Positions 41,420-53,899 of a DNA stretch of 64,000 bases are shown here, one piece after another. Position 1 is the first letter of the stretch, and the number at the start of each line of letters is the position of its first letter. The position numbers and the translations under genes were made by a program. Source of the DNA: Iphione sp. A-MEVVRFRX5 (lineage: Eukaryota); the NCBI GenBank assembly GCA_976226885.1, contig OZ320313.1, forward strand, positions 115,320,001-115,384,000, read 5' to 3'. Below the pieces are notes generated by a model. It ran no database searches and was not told the DNA's origin. It worked only from the letters and a program-made list of their open reading frames with translations.

Positions 41420-41670
41420 CGCTCCATAATTGAATGGTCAGATTCAGGTGAGGCCCCTTCGACGACAGCGATAAGTACACATAAATATCTGTCCATTAAA
41501 ACGGAACGTGTCCAAGTTGACTCTAAATGTCGTTTGAGATCAGGGTCAACTATGCCACATTGGTGTGCTTTGTACACTTTCCATAGACTATTCTCGGAGT
41601 GTAAGCTACTTGTCACTTTCAGTTAGTCGCCTGCGTTCCTTCTGGCTGGGGCCTTTATTGGTCTCTTTCA
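41420..41670 (-). mobile_element. APE endonuclease relic
   Basis: AGD*L (cf. GDFN), TWTRSVLMDRYL (cf. TW....LDY) and ESDHSI (SDH) in order. Confidence 0.3.
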
Positions 41671-41799
41671 TATCTGCTTCAAGTGGCCCGTGAAAAGTTC
41701 ATCTATGAACTGTCTATCGAAAGAGGAAAAGTGCGTCTAGTGAACACGAGTATCGCATGAATGACAAGACTATTGCTGATATTGAAATCTCCATCGCTG

Positions 41800-42250
41800 A
41801 TGAGTCGTTTTCATATTTTCTGGAAAATCTTGCTGAGTAAAAAAGACCTTCATCATGATAATTAAACTGGTGGCAGTAAAGCTAGGGTCGCGTGTGGCGA
41901 AATCTTAATATCATATAAAATATGGCTCAATTATCCCGGTTTGACGTCATAGAAATCTGAGTTTCCAAGTTATCATTTCTTGACGGAGGGTGGATAGGAA
42001 TTCTTTTAATAAGGAACCAGACGCATTAGCAGGGGACTTTAACTTCACTTTGATCCTGTGCGTCTGCCAGATCGTATCCTGTACACATCTTATATAAATC
42101 AGCAGACCCAATGGGACTTTGGTTAGTGGCACGATAGGAGTGGGTACACATTAGACCTGACATACATTCTTTAATTTTCGATGGCTGCGACGGAACAGGG
42201 AACACGGGAGGAGTTCGTGTCTTCTTTTCACTTGCCATTTAAGAATCCTT
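41800..42250 (+). mobile_element. APE endonuclease relic of a LINE
   Basis: LAGDFNF (AGDFN at 42029-43) followed, after a frameshift, by HDRSGYTLDL (GYTLDL at 42142-59; cf. PTH..G.TLDL). Confidence 0.55.
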
Positions 42251-43449
42251 TTAGCTGGCGGCTATTAGTTGATTAAAGTCAGCCTTTAACGTGCCATCGG
42301 TTTCGTTCACTTTTAGCTTCCTTCATGTCAATCATTCCATTCGCTTCAAATTTAGATCGCCCTGACTGGGCCTGCTTGGCGGGAGCTATAGTAATTCCCT
42401 GTAGTAATCTATGGACAATCCTGTATTAACCTTTTTAATCAGAAAACATGATGCTATTTTCTTAGCAGTGGCAATGCAACGAAGCAATTACTTCATAGTT
42501 TGGGTTATGTGGTTGCTTTGCAAGGACAGCAACCATCTGCATGTTTTAGGACAATAAAGGTTACACATGAAAGTATAGAACACATTCGCATGTGTATTAT
42601 GGAGAGTTTCTCAGCAACTTAAGGCGGTGGAAACAAAAAAGAACCACAGAAAGATTGATGGCGATTTTAGTTATTAACTACAGCGTTACTTTGAAGTATT
42701 TGTTTCGTACACGGTTAAATTTATAGGCACAGTTCCCCCTCATCAGCAAGAATATATGATATACAAACTATTTTGCGTTTCAGACAAAGCATAAAGACTA
42801 AAATGTAAATTTCACATTGCGAATTTTCACAGAAACATCTCGGGCTTGATTTTTCATCAGGTGTATTCATTTAACTAGTCCGCTGAGCGTTCATTAACTT
42901 TATTGTTAAAGACAACCATGTCGACGGCAGTTTCACGCGGTCTCTGCCAATTGCTACATACAGCACACTTTATTTTGTAGTTCAGTTTTCCGCGTCATAT
43001 GAAAAGCATTATGACCACTATTTAGCCGGTAGTCTCAATCATATTTGCCGACGGTGATGTTTCGTCAGATCCGACTGGAAAATTTTCATTCATTCATTGG
43101 ATATAAACCATTCTTGTCCCCGTGCCTGTAAAATTATGCATGTATTCATTACCTATGAGATGCAATATTCAAGATCACACCAATGTATAGACATACGAAG
43201 TGCTGTGGATTGGTTTCCACATTGATATCTGCGAGTTATGACGTCTTGGTAAATATTACGGCATATTGCGAGTCAACGCATTGTTTGTTACTGTCAGGCA
43301 GTAATGAGCTGGTATTGGTCTTCTTCGCCTGTAATATGACGTGCAAGCAGAATTGCAAAACAACATAAAAGGCTCCTTTTTTAGGTAATCTCCATTAACC
43401 TTTCCCAAGTACGAGTCCATAAGGACCTGCCTGAAGATACGGTCAGATT

Positions 43450-44170
43450 TCCATACGTTTCTTTTTTGCTATAAGCAGATTATTTCGTATCACATTACGC
43501 CGGGAGCATCCACTAATACAAACCAAACCATGGCGGGTTGTTAACTGTAGTACGTTTATCAGCGTGTAAACTAATAGCAAATTCCTTGGCGAAAATTACA
43601 CACGTCGGTTCTATGAATGGGCGGATATTAATACAGTCTGTCCTTGCCGCAGCAGATTCGACTGTCAGACATGATCTTACATAGGTAGGCCTTATACATC
43701 ATCGCATAGAGCGTCACTGGTAAATGCTTTTGAACGAATGGGTTCTCCGCTTGGCAACCATGCTCTACGGCCTGCAAAGGGCCCCCCTTACTAGAGGACG
43801 CTGGCAAAGAAGATTGATAAGCTTAATTAGATATCACTTTGCCGCCTGTGGTGTACGATGACTTGATTACTGGCGAGGTGAACTGCGCGCAGGGGAAGCT
43901 TCGGCCGTGTCCGTGCCACGCTGAGTGCATTGATTTATACAATGGTGCCACCGTCTCCGCCGGCGTGAGGAGAGGAAATGCCATCAGGGGCCCGGCACCA
44001 GGCGCCGCTGGACGGTGCTTGAATTGATACAGATCGCAAGGCCTCTATACAGGTGTAACGGTGAGGCACAGGGAGCAGGATTGATGGTCTATCGTCCTTC
44101 CAGGCGTAGGATTCATCGTCATTACGCCAATATGATCATGGGGATTAGGCGCTACTTATGGCAGCTCCTC
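43450..44170 (+). mobile_element. L1/Tx1- or RTE-like RT relic
   Basis: FRITL (cf. YRPITL), HVGSMNGRI (cf. Q.GFM.GR.I), NAFERM (cf. KAFDRV), IDLYNG..SAGVRRG (cf. LY.G...GVRQG) and HYANM (cf. QYADD) in order. Confidence 0.55.
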
Positions 44171-45088
44171 TTTTCTTTGCCACTATACACTGTTTTTTAT
44201 TTTTTTTGGGGGGGGGGGGCAACCTGTTCAGCCTGTGTCGTCTGACTTATTTATTATCCGCCAACTAGTGCAGCCACTAAATAAATATCACTCCTTAATC
44301 TAAACCAATTGTGCACAATTAGAATACATGTACATAAAACATGGAATAATTTCGAATATGATATGTTAAAAGCAATTTCCCATATAGCCACTGTATTTTT
44401 TTCATGCTTTATATCTTTCTTTTGGGGACAACAAAACAGGTTCGCTTTTGCGAAGGTTTTATTATGTAGGATTATTCATCGAAATATTCAAACAATCTGC
44501 AGGTAACCTTTCATAAAGCAATCGATGTTTGTGTTCTAAAGAAGCCAAATATATGCATTCGAATGAACATATACAGTCGGACGAAACTAATACATCCAGA
44601 AGTGCGGGTAACACTTCACGACCCCATTAAAGGCGTGCACATAAAATGTACGCAAGAATAGTCTCCTATGTTTGTCAGGTGGAGCCATTACCTGAAGTAC
44701 ATACGACCCAGCAGTATTGTAAGAAGCCTATTTCAGTCCGACCCACCCACATCACACCTGATCGAGTTTTATAAATCGAAATATCCGGTTTGAGCAAACG
44801 TTCTAACGCAGTATTTGCTCTGCTTGAGCACCTTAGGAAGCGAAGTGTTTTTCTAGCGGATATCTTAAGTAGACCCTGATCCCGATCCCAGTATTTCGTT
44901 GGAGTATGTGATTGCCACTTGTGGACCTCCTAAATACCGAACCTCAGAGAAACAACACAGACACTGAAATGCAATCATGCATGGAATTTAGTGACACATG
45001 GTCATTCAATAAGTACAAGAATTAACTGAAAACCTATCATATTTTGTTTTCGTTTTCAAATTGAATAGGAATGAATAATGGTTGTCAG

Positions 45089-45110
45089 ATATATATATAT
45101 ATATATATAT
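45089..45110. repeat. (AT)11 microsatellite
   Basis: Read directly. Confidence 0.95.
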
Positions 45111-45699
45111 GTATTATTTCCCGAGATGTGTCGGTTTGTATTTTCATGATAACATGCAGGAAACGCATGATCGTTGCCAAATATTCGAGGTGAACACGAA
45201 ATTTACACCACAACTTGTTAATTCTTTATGCTTTTTGACATCTTTCTGTCGTCCCACTTATTCTTCTTTTTCTCATGGCAATTTCGTGAATCAACTTATC
45301 CCAGGTAGCACACAGAGTTTAAAAAAAACGTTTTATAACGTTCTCATTTGGTTATAACGTTTGCACCTTTTTTTCAATCATGAGTGTGGAGAGCGCTATA
45401 TTCCCATCTAAAATGTACCAGAAACCCTCTGTGAATCTTTCAGTACTATGTCGCCTCTAACTGATTTAGGAATTATAGACTTCATAACATGTTTGGGGAA
45501 CACTCAAATATATTGTAAATTATCACTAAAGTAGACCGTGTAGTGATATTTTTTAAAAGGAGATTTCTGAGAGGAGTCATTGAAAATACACTGTGCTATT
45601 ATAACTTCTGCGTTACAACGGTACAATTTCTCTGTGCTGTCTTCGGACCATATAATATTATATTTATGACCTATCTGGTACCAGATTTTGTTTGTACCG

Positions 45700-46550
45700 A
45701 AACATGAGAAAATCTCAGGTTCATGTTCCAGTGGCGATTGCGTTAATTTATTTAGCTAATTATAGCTTTACTGGTCCTTCGCAAACTGGAAGGTGTTACC
45801 TTATGGCATTGGCCAGGCATAATATTTATATAGGAAATGTCCAGTTTACTAGGATCCAAGCCAGTCCGAATCGATCATTACCTAGCGTCCGGGAGACAGT
45901 ATCGGAAAGATGCCACGGAACAATGGAAGAAAAGAAGCAAATAGTACCATACCGACCGATCACCGTATGAGATAAAGAAAGGAAATTTCCCGACGAGTAT
46001 CACTACCTGTAACACAGCTCAATCCACTCAGGTCATATATGAGACGCAGGAGAGTTGAGACGATGGTGTTCCTAGTACATGTGTACTTATAGTAGCACGT
46101 GGTGGAGTTCGAGGTCTTTTCTTCTCCAAGCCTCTACATTCAGAGGATTTGCGGGCTCCACTAGACCCTCCATAGAGTCTAATTTCACTTTCCGATATTC
46201 TATAATTTAGCGTTTACTAAGAAAATAGTTCTCATGCGATATGTTACACGTTATATCCAAGTTAATAATATACACAACTTATTGCAACATAAACAAGTCC
46301 ATTGGACATGAATCCAAAACCAACCGCACCCATGGCAGTCTCTAGTCGGAGGGCTAGTAACGGTGCATTTCTATGAGACTCCGAGAGAGGGAGTACCTTG
46401 GCATAATCTACTGTATGTATGCTCATTGGTACCTTAATCGAAGACATCTTTCAGGTGAGGATATCTAGGAAGGAAATAGACCGAAGTCCATGCACCAAGA
46501 CGCAGTTTATTGCTTGTACAGAAAATCTGGGACAGAATGCGAGCGTGTGC
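45700..46550 (+). mobile_element. CR1-group LINE RT relic
   Basis: IALIYLANYSFTG (cf. IA.PL..L.N.S..TG), YRPITV, TNRTH (cf. TNRTQ) and RGSTLA (cf. QGSVLG) in order. Confidence 0.48.
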
Positions 46551-47759
46551 CTAACCGAATCATATGTGTGAGAACTGGAAGTGAATGATTTGGGGAAGGT
46601 GTCTGCAGTACTCTATCTTATGAGAAGGGGAACACTGTTTTCTTTTGCATGTATACATACATGTACATGTGCTCAGAATAATCTTGAGATGCCTTGTCAG
46701 TATCGACGGCGGCGAGTGTGGCCGGATAAGTAGCACATTCGCCAGTAAGGAATGCGAGAGAACATCTCCTCAAAGACATCTGAGAGTTGTAAACCTATCT
46801 TACGTCAACTTATTTCAACAAATAACGTTTTTGAGCTACACCTTTCATGCGCCCACATCAGTTGCCGAGAGCTGAGGGTTCTGGAGTCAGGACCTACCGG
46901 AAAACGGGTAACTTAAATGTTGAATGTCAAGAATAGCCTTTTCATTCCCGAATGAAAATAAAGCGTTTAAAAACTACCCATGCACAAAACAGATGTTTTG
47001 CTGTCATTTACGTTCGGTGGCTTCTGCGACTTATTTCAAACATGAGGCAGGGGCTTGGACACAGAATGGATGAAAATAGGTGCATTGAAACGCTCACATT
47101 ACCCGATGAAGACAGTAGCTCAACAACTGGTGAGATTCATCACTTCAACTGCAACGAGTCGCTTTGTGCACCTACTGATCCCCACGACTCGTAATAAACA
47201 CACACATCTCGGCTGACAATGCCTACTGCTAAAAAGGTAGTGTCAATGGAAGGGGCTAAACAGCGCCACGAAAGCAAGCACACTGGTCATGGATGGGGAA
47301 ACAACTACAATAAAACCATCTGAGAAAAGGCGCCGAGATAGAAATCAAGATATATAGATAATGGAAGCGGTATTCGAATCATGTGAACTTCATTTGAGAT
47401 GAGTGGTTACACGTCATGGACACAATGTTATGTTCTGATTGCACGAGAAACTGAAAACAAATAAGAAAAAGACTCACCATAAAAGCGACGAAGACCAATA
47501 TAAGTACGAGTGTCGGTATTCCTGCGCGGTGCATTGTCCAGACGACAAAAGGCAATAATCAGGGTGAAATTTCGTCTGCTGTCGCACGACTGGAGTTTCT
47601 CCTCTAGGACTGCCTGTCTCGCGGGATCCTCCCCGCAATAACTTTATTATTGACTATTAATATTGATAACGTAGTTTAGCTGCGGTGAGCAGTTTCTTTT
47701 TTCTCTCCTCTATATTGGATACAATAGACCTGGCGAATTGGCGATGGTACCTACAGATG

Positions 47760-48000
47760 AGTAGTAGAGTAAAAAATTACGCTGTCCTTCATATCATTTC
47801 CATCTGACGTCCGACGAGATATGAGATGGATTTTTTTTATCCATGAAATGTATCGAGCGGCCCGTAAATATTGGCCAGTCCACCGAGGTGAGCTATTTCT
47901 CTCTCTCAGTGCGCGGTAACACGGAGCCGCCCACTGGCAGGGGTACCACAATATGACAAGATGGATTCAGCCGACAGTCAAATGTTGCTCTGCCTGAGTG
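47760..48000 (-). mobile_element. Possible L1/Tx1-type APE endonuclease fragment
   Basis: GGSVL (cf. GGVAIL) then LANIYGP (cf. L.NIYGPN). GDFN was not recovered. Confidence 0.3.
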
Positions 48001-48231
48001 CTCCCCTGCGTGTGCCTTTGCTCCAGTCGCATTCGGGACTGAACTAAACTTGGGGGCCGAACCAAAGTCTCCGCCGACCGGTAGCGGCGCGTCGGTAGCA
48101 ATGGTGTGATAGTATGGCGGCGCTGTTAGTTGGGAGGGGCGCAAGAAATCCAGGCTCGTGATTGGTCAGCCTTTAGTCGAGGCTACTAAAATGTGGCATT
48201 TATTTCTCAGTCGCACTTCAACCACAGCGAA

Positions 48232-48232
<1 letters not shown>

Positions 48233-48264
<32 letters not shown>
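48233..48264. repeat. (CA)16 microsatellite
   Basis: Read directly. Confidence 0.95.
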
Positions 48265-48266
<2 letters not shown>

Positions 48267-48789
48267 TAGACCCATGGGTATTGAGAAAACGATTTGTCTA
48301 AACTGAATTAAGGTTTATGACAAGAGGGAAGGCCGATCAAGCAGAGGGTCCTTTTGACTGGCCATCCCCACATAACGGTGAGCTTTCTACTGAGCCCCCC
48401 CCGGTCCCGCGTAGTGACTCTCAAGTGTGCGTTTAGAGTACTCATCTGGTTCGTTCAGGCCCAAAGAACACAGGGTCTGTTTTGGTCCATATCAGGTGGA
48501 GGGTACACCACCAACCTGTTCCACAGGTGTAACATGGCACCCCGAACACCTGGAGCCTCCAACTGAGTCCTCCTGCTGCTCAGCCCCTGCAGTAAAGTTG
48601 ATGTCTCACCCGGGCAGATAAAGGGGTCTTATTTTAACATAAAATTGTACTTTTTAAAGCCCGCCTCCCCTGGTGCCGGAACGTTTTTACAGGAATGTCC
48701 GTGTTTGCATCAAGAGTTTAGTTCCCCTAGAAGAAAATATTTCTTTATCTTCGAAGTACAGCATAACCAACGCATCGCTGACTTTAAAT

Positions 48790-49100
48790 TTCACTAGAGA
48801 CTCCGCTTGAAATCGCATTACATGATTAGATGCTCTCATGTCAAAATGATGATAACATCCATGCATTTCTCTGCGAAATTGTCTACATGAACTTGCATTA
48901 GACCAGATTCCCGTATCGCTCCGCCGAAAGTTCTCGGTTTAGTTGATGCCATACAATACTGAATACACAAGAGAAGGCTGCAGTCGTTATCAACACCCGT
49001 AGTGCTCGATGACTGTCTGTAGTTCTCTGCCATTTCCCACACTAAAACATTTCCCTCACACATTTTTTTCCGCACTCGAATCGTCGGCTTCTCTAACACT
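48790..49100 (-). mobile_element. LINE RT relic (domains 1-3)
   Basis: RKK..., ENYRQSSST (cf. NYRPISLT), MDVIII (cf. DVIYL) and DFKRS (cf. DFKKA). Confidence 0.38.
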
Positions 49101-50492
49101 ATGAATTGTTTCGGTGTTTATCAAATAAGTTTCCGGTACTGCCTTTGAACTTGGAATTTCACAGAAAAGTTACAACCAGGATCTGGCGGACTGATTGGGA
49201 AAATAGTTTGGACTGAACCTTTTCCCAGCGGGAGACATGTACAATGGTGTCTGTGTCGGATGAGCTTGATTCATGGCCTTTGAAATGAGAGGAGGCTTAC
49301 AGTTCTTAACTATGCGGTAGGGATATGCTGCTAACGGACTTTATCGTGTTTTACTGGAGGTGCTGCTCTTCAATTATAGACTCTATAAACACAATAGCCC
49401 CATGATCAGGTATTGATTTCACATTACTCCGATGAGTAGACCAAACGTCAACTTTGATTTGAGGTCACGCGTTTTTGTCCCCTCATGATAGTCTGACAAA
49501 AAAAGTTCACACATAATAAAAATACCAATTACAAAAAAACACATAGTATAGCAAACATGTGGTAATCGTTTAAGGTCTAAAGTGTCACTTCATGTATAGA
49601 AAATAAATACTGATAATCTACACCATGTCTGGATAAATACTACAAAAATTAAACGCAAACTCGGCTATATAAGTGTCTTATTCAGTTTGCTTAACAAAAG
49701 CTGGCACAATCAACATCCAAGATAACTAAACTTGCGTAGAGCAGGTTTGGAATTACACTGTACATGTACTGTACCAGAACAAAAGGGTGTGGTAAGAGGA
49801 AGGCTACTGGTTCTTCAACTTCCCTGCAGGGAACTGTATACTATCGCAGGCCACTCCTTCTACTCATATCTTAACCCACCCACCCCAACTCCCCCGCCCT
49901 TAAAGGTAAACAGATAAAACAGAGTTTGGAATTCTAATATTGCAGGCGCGGGTTTCCTCGCCTGGGCCTTTCTTGAGCGTGAGACTTTAAATACTTGACA
50001 AAGGTCACCGCGGAAACTGGTGGCTCCATCAAAATTGCAGGTAAATGGGACCCTGGGGTACCATCAATGTGTTGTGGTTAAGTACACTGGGGAGACCGTG
50101 TAAGACACAGTGGAATCAATGTGATTCCTCATCCTAGTAACGCATGTATACATGTAGATTGAAGGTCATATTCAAGGAAGGTTTCTCTGTCCCCAGTTCT
50201 TCCTTAGTTTTAATGGGATCCTCCTATACAGGCTAGCATAGGCAATTAAGCCAGAATACAGCCATATGCAATTGAGGAGTCAGGAGTTTATTCGGGAGTA
50301 AATGATATACATGTATTACTCTGAGGGTTATTGAATATCATTCCCTACTTCATCACAGTAATGAGGTTTATGTTTGGATCACTTATTTGTTCGGGTGTGG
50401 ATATTTTGGAGAGATTCATGCTGCAACAGAGGAAGAAATTCATTATCCTAATGTCACTTTGTTGAAGGGTTTAAGTCTTCCTTCTTACTTTG

Positions 50493-50560
50493 TGTGTGTA
50501 AATCGAAGCCCGGCACCTGAGGCCGCAGGCCGAGGGTGTAAAGGTTTGGATTTACGCACA
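50493..50560. repeat. Imperfect palindrome centred on GAGGCCGCAGGCCGAGG
   Basis: Left arm tgtgtgtaaatcgaagcc matches the reverse complement of the right arm (tgtgcgtaaatccaaacc) at 15/18. Core GGCC-GCA-GGCC hairpin at 50519-35. Confidence 0.75.
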
Positions 50561-50677
50561 AAAAGTATAGAATGAAGACTTAAACACTGTTCTGACAATG
50601 ACTACTTATAGTAAGGGTTTGGATTTACGCACAAAAAGTATAGAATGAAGACTTAAACACTGTTCTGACAATGACTA
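50543..50677. repeat. Tandem duplication, period 73 bp, 62 bp identical
   Basis: ggtttggatttacgcacaaaaagtatagaatgaagacttaaacactgttctgacaatgacta at 50543-50604 and 50616-50677. Confidence 0.95.
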
Positions 50678-51935
50678 TTCATAGATTTCATACCTAATTT
50701 GAGTTTATTGTGTCTAATAATTGAATATTTCTCTAAACTTACATCTCCTCTTGTTAGCGTTGAACGAATAGACACCATTTTAGACGTTTACTTTATGGAT
50801 GAAGAATTTTATTGGCTGGTAGTAAATCTCTTCCCAAATCTCATTGGCAGGAGAGTTGAACTGGTACCCACTCCCTTTCTATGAATAATATTGTGAACGA
50901 AACTAAGGAAAGGGTACCAGTCTAGTCATGAGCTGATTTAACTTGTTGACACAAAAGCATATAGACATTATGTTGAAATTTGGAAACAATATATATGTAT
51001 CATATGCTCAAAGTTTGTTTATTACTATTTTGCCATATGTTGGTACCATTTATAAGCCAATTCAGTGTATGTACTAGTCAAATTTTGCTCCCAAACTAGC
51101 GAATCGAGTCACCAAGGGACCGCCATTTTGATTTTGTAAGCACCAATAATAATCTTTGTAAGATGTCACTACCCGGGAATGGTCCAGAATTAAAATCCAG
51201 CTGAAAACAATCGTTTCTATGGGATAATGTACTGATTATCACAACAGGAGTGTTAAAACTGGGAATAAGTTATGCCCACCAGAATTCTTGAAGCCGTTTG
51301 TGTGGGGCTGTTCACATGTACACATTTGCATGACGTACAGCCGGGAGAAGAAAACCAACAGCATAGCATATCTATTAGGTGTTTCACATGCACCATATGC
51401 ATTATGTGTGATATATTCGCACGTCTATTTGCATTTCTCTGTCCCCCTCCAGGGCGGGTTATTACTCATATGGATGCATTTCTCCATAGGCCTCTAGTGA
51501 AGGGATCGATTCAGGCATCTCGAATCATAACATGACGGATCTCGGGGGGGGGGGGTCTTAACGCCCGACGCTCCATTGTGCATGAAAAGTATATTGCGTA
51601 CACGTGAACATGGCCTATTTAGACAGAGGGGTTTGGATTTGGTGATTCCATACTATACTACTCGGATTGCATTTAGTTGCAGATTGGGTCTAGTCATGAA
51701 ATCTAGCTTTTGATTACTCTGTCAGATGAAGTGAACGTCTAAGTGACTCACTGCTTTCACATAACGTAATGTATGCTACGAAAACTTCAATCTCGCATAA
51801 CGCAGGATTGTCTGAGCGCGCCTGCTTTTAAACATCTTTGTAAAGAAGTGCTGAATATATCCGAGAACGCCTTGTTACTATGCTTTTTATTTGGTATCTA
51901 TCTGAGAGACAGAGAATGAGAGGGGGGAGAGAGAG

Positions 51936-51937
<2 letters not shown>

Positions 51938-51994
<57 letters not shown>

Positions 51995-52129
51995 AGGGAG
52001 GGAGGGGGAGATTACAGAAATACGGAGTCAGTCTGAAGCAGAGACCAACAGAGAAAGAGAGACAAACTGAAAATTGGACCAACAGACATAGAGAAAAGAG
52101 ACTTTACCATAACCCCTTCTTCTTTGTCA
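51938..52129. repeat. (GA)n/(GGGA)n microsatellite plus about 120 bp unique segment, copy 1
   Basis: (GA)~25 at 51938-88, then gagattacagaaatacggagtcagtctg...ctttgtca at 52008-52129. Confidence 0.9.
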
Positions 52130-52650
52130 TTCGTAGAAAAGAGCATGTTGTTTCAGCCTAGAAAACGAAGGTCCAACAAAGGGAATAGTCCTCAAAGTAA
52201 ATGTAGTCGCAGCTGAAGGTAGACATGGACAGTAACTAGTGTCCATGACAACAAACACTATCTCAGTACAGGCGTGTCTCAAAGAATAGTCGAACTGAGA
52301 CCATCAGAGAGAATTATACTCATAAATTATATCAAAGGATAGACAGTTACATTATCGTCTCAGAATGCATTGTTTAGTTAATAGGTACCTCAGTAATGGG
52401 GCAGTGTGTAAGTATGCAGCAGAACTCGGGTTTAAGAGCAACCTTTGCTGTGCAAGAAATACTCGGTGGCAATGTAAGTGAGCAGTAGCTACAGAAAACT
52501 GACTACAAATACTTCTATTTGACAACTCTGGAGAAACGCCACACTATTTTGGTCTCTTCACATTTGTGAAATCCCCTACACTATATATCAAGAATTTGTG
52601 TATGATCAGCACTTCGTAATATCTTTTTCGTTACCTGATTCGCTTCGAAT

Positions 52651-52682
<32 letters not shown>

Positions 52683-52799
52683 AGATTACAGATATACGGA
52701 GTCAGTCTGGAGCAAAGACCGACAGAGAAAGAGAGACAAACAGAAAATCGGACCGACAGACATAGAGAAAAAGACTTTACCGTAACCCCTTCTTTGTCA
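52651..52799. repeat. (GA)n/G-run plus about 120 bp unique segment, copy 2
   Basis: About 90% identical to 52008-52129, offset 674 bp. Confidence 0.9.
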
Positions 52800-53899
52800 A
52801 AGGGGAGAACAATGCTTTCTTTGGATTTTTCGGATGAGAGATCCTCACTACACAGGGGAGAACAATTGAGTATGGTTTTGTTCAATATTCTATTGTGAGG
52901 TATAGAGATTTTTGGAACCGTAGATATTATGCTGCCATACTATTCGTCTTTTTTCATACTGTATCATTTATGTTTCAGCCGATAGAAAGCATGGAGTGGA
53001 AATAACTAACGCGGCCAAACACCACAGTGTATTTAGCAGGGAAAGTAAACTGTAAAGCAGAAGATACAAATATACAAGTACATGTACACAAGATGTTGGG
53101 ATGTTATTACACGATTCTCTGTTGAAAGCGCAATAGCATTTTCCAATTATCTCATAGAAAATATGGATGTTGCATTCTTGCGCAGAAAAGATTGAATTTG
53201 ATGTCTGAGGAATCGAATGCTAAGATCGCTTTATACATTTTTCAGCATGAAGCAACTCCAAGCACTTTCCAGATTGCGACATGAATATGGGTATCTCACA
53301 ACGTTGATGGTGACGCAAGCCAGATTTAGTAGTGGACGGAGAATATGAAATGATGGAAAGGGATTGGATTTTCGATGGAATACTCTGGTCCTATGGCCTC
53401 GCCCTGTGGATTAATGGCTCACCCTTAAGGCCACGTCTAAACCGGGTAACGTTCGTTCCGCTTGTCAGGTCTCCGTGTTACGGGGGCATTACATGACATT
53501 TGGTGCCCCGGCGACATGCTTATGTAGATTACCGGCCCATTGTGGCTGCGTTGAATGGCGATCATAGTATGCGCACCAGTACCCCGGTGTACATAAACAG
53601 ACTTCAGCTTATTGTTGAGCGACCACAGCTAGCCACTGATGCACCATTAATACACATACTGTTTTAAAACATAACACCAGGCCTTACATCTGCCTAGTTT
53701 TCATATATTGATATTCCTGTTACTTTATATTACTTATTTATTTATATGTTATATTACTTTCAGGAACGAAGGCAAAAATGAAGAGGTGACAGTTCGCAAG
53801 CTATAGCTAGGCTGCTCTCTCTCGTCAAGCACACGAGGAAGTTAATGAAGTAAGCTGAGTCAATATCAAAGTGTCTGGCGGTAACACTTTCACACCACG

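Noticed and set aside
46085-46120. tRNA or SINE A/B boxes (tagcacgtggtggagttcgagg)
   Set aside because: The box spacing is too short, there is no cloverleaf, and it lies inside an RT relic.
51828-52161. ORFs with ER/SL dipeptide repeats (also 32191-32488)
   Set aside because: These are translations of (GA)n microsatellite and purine-rich tracts.
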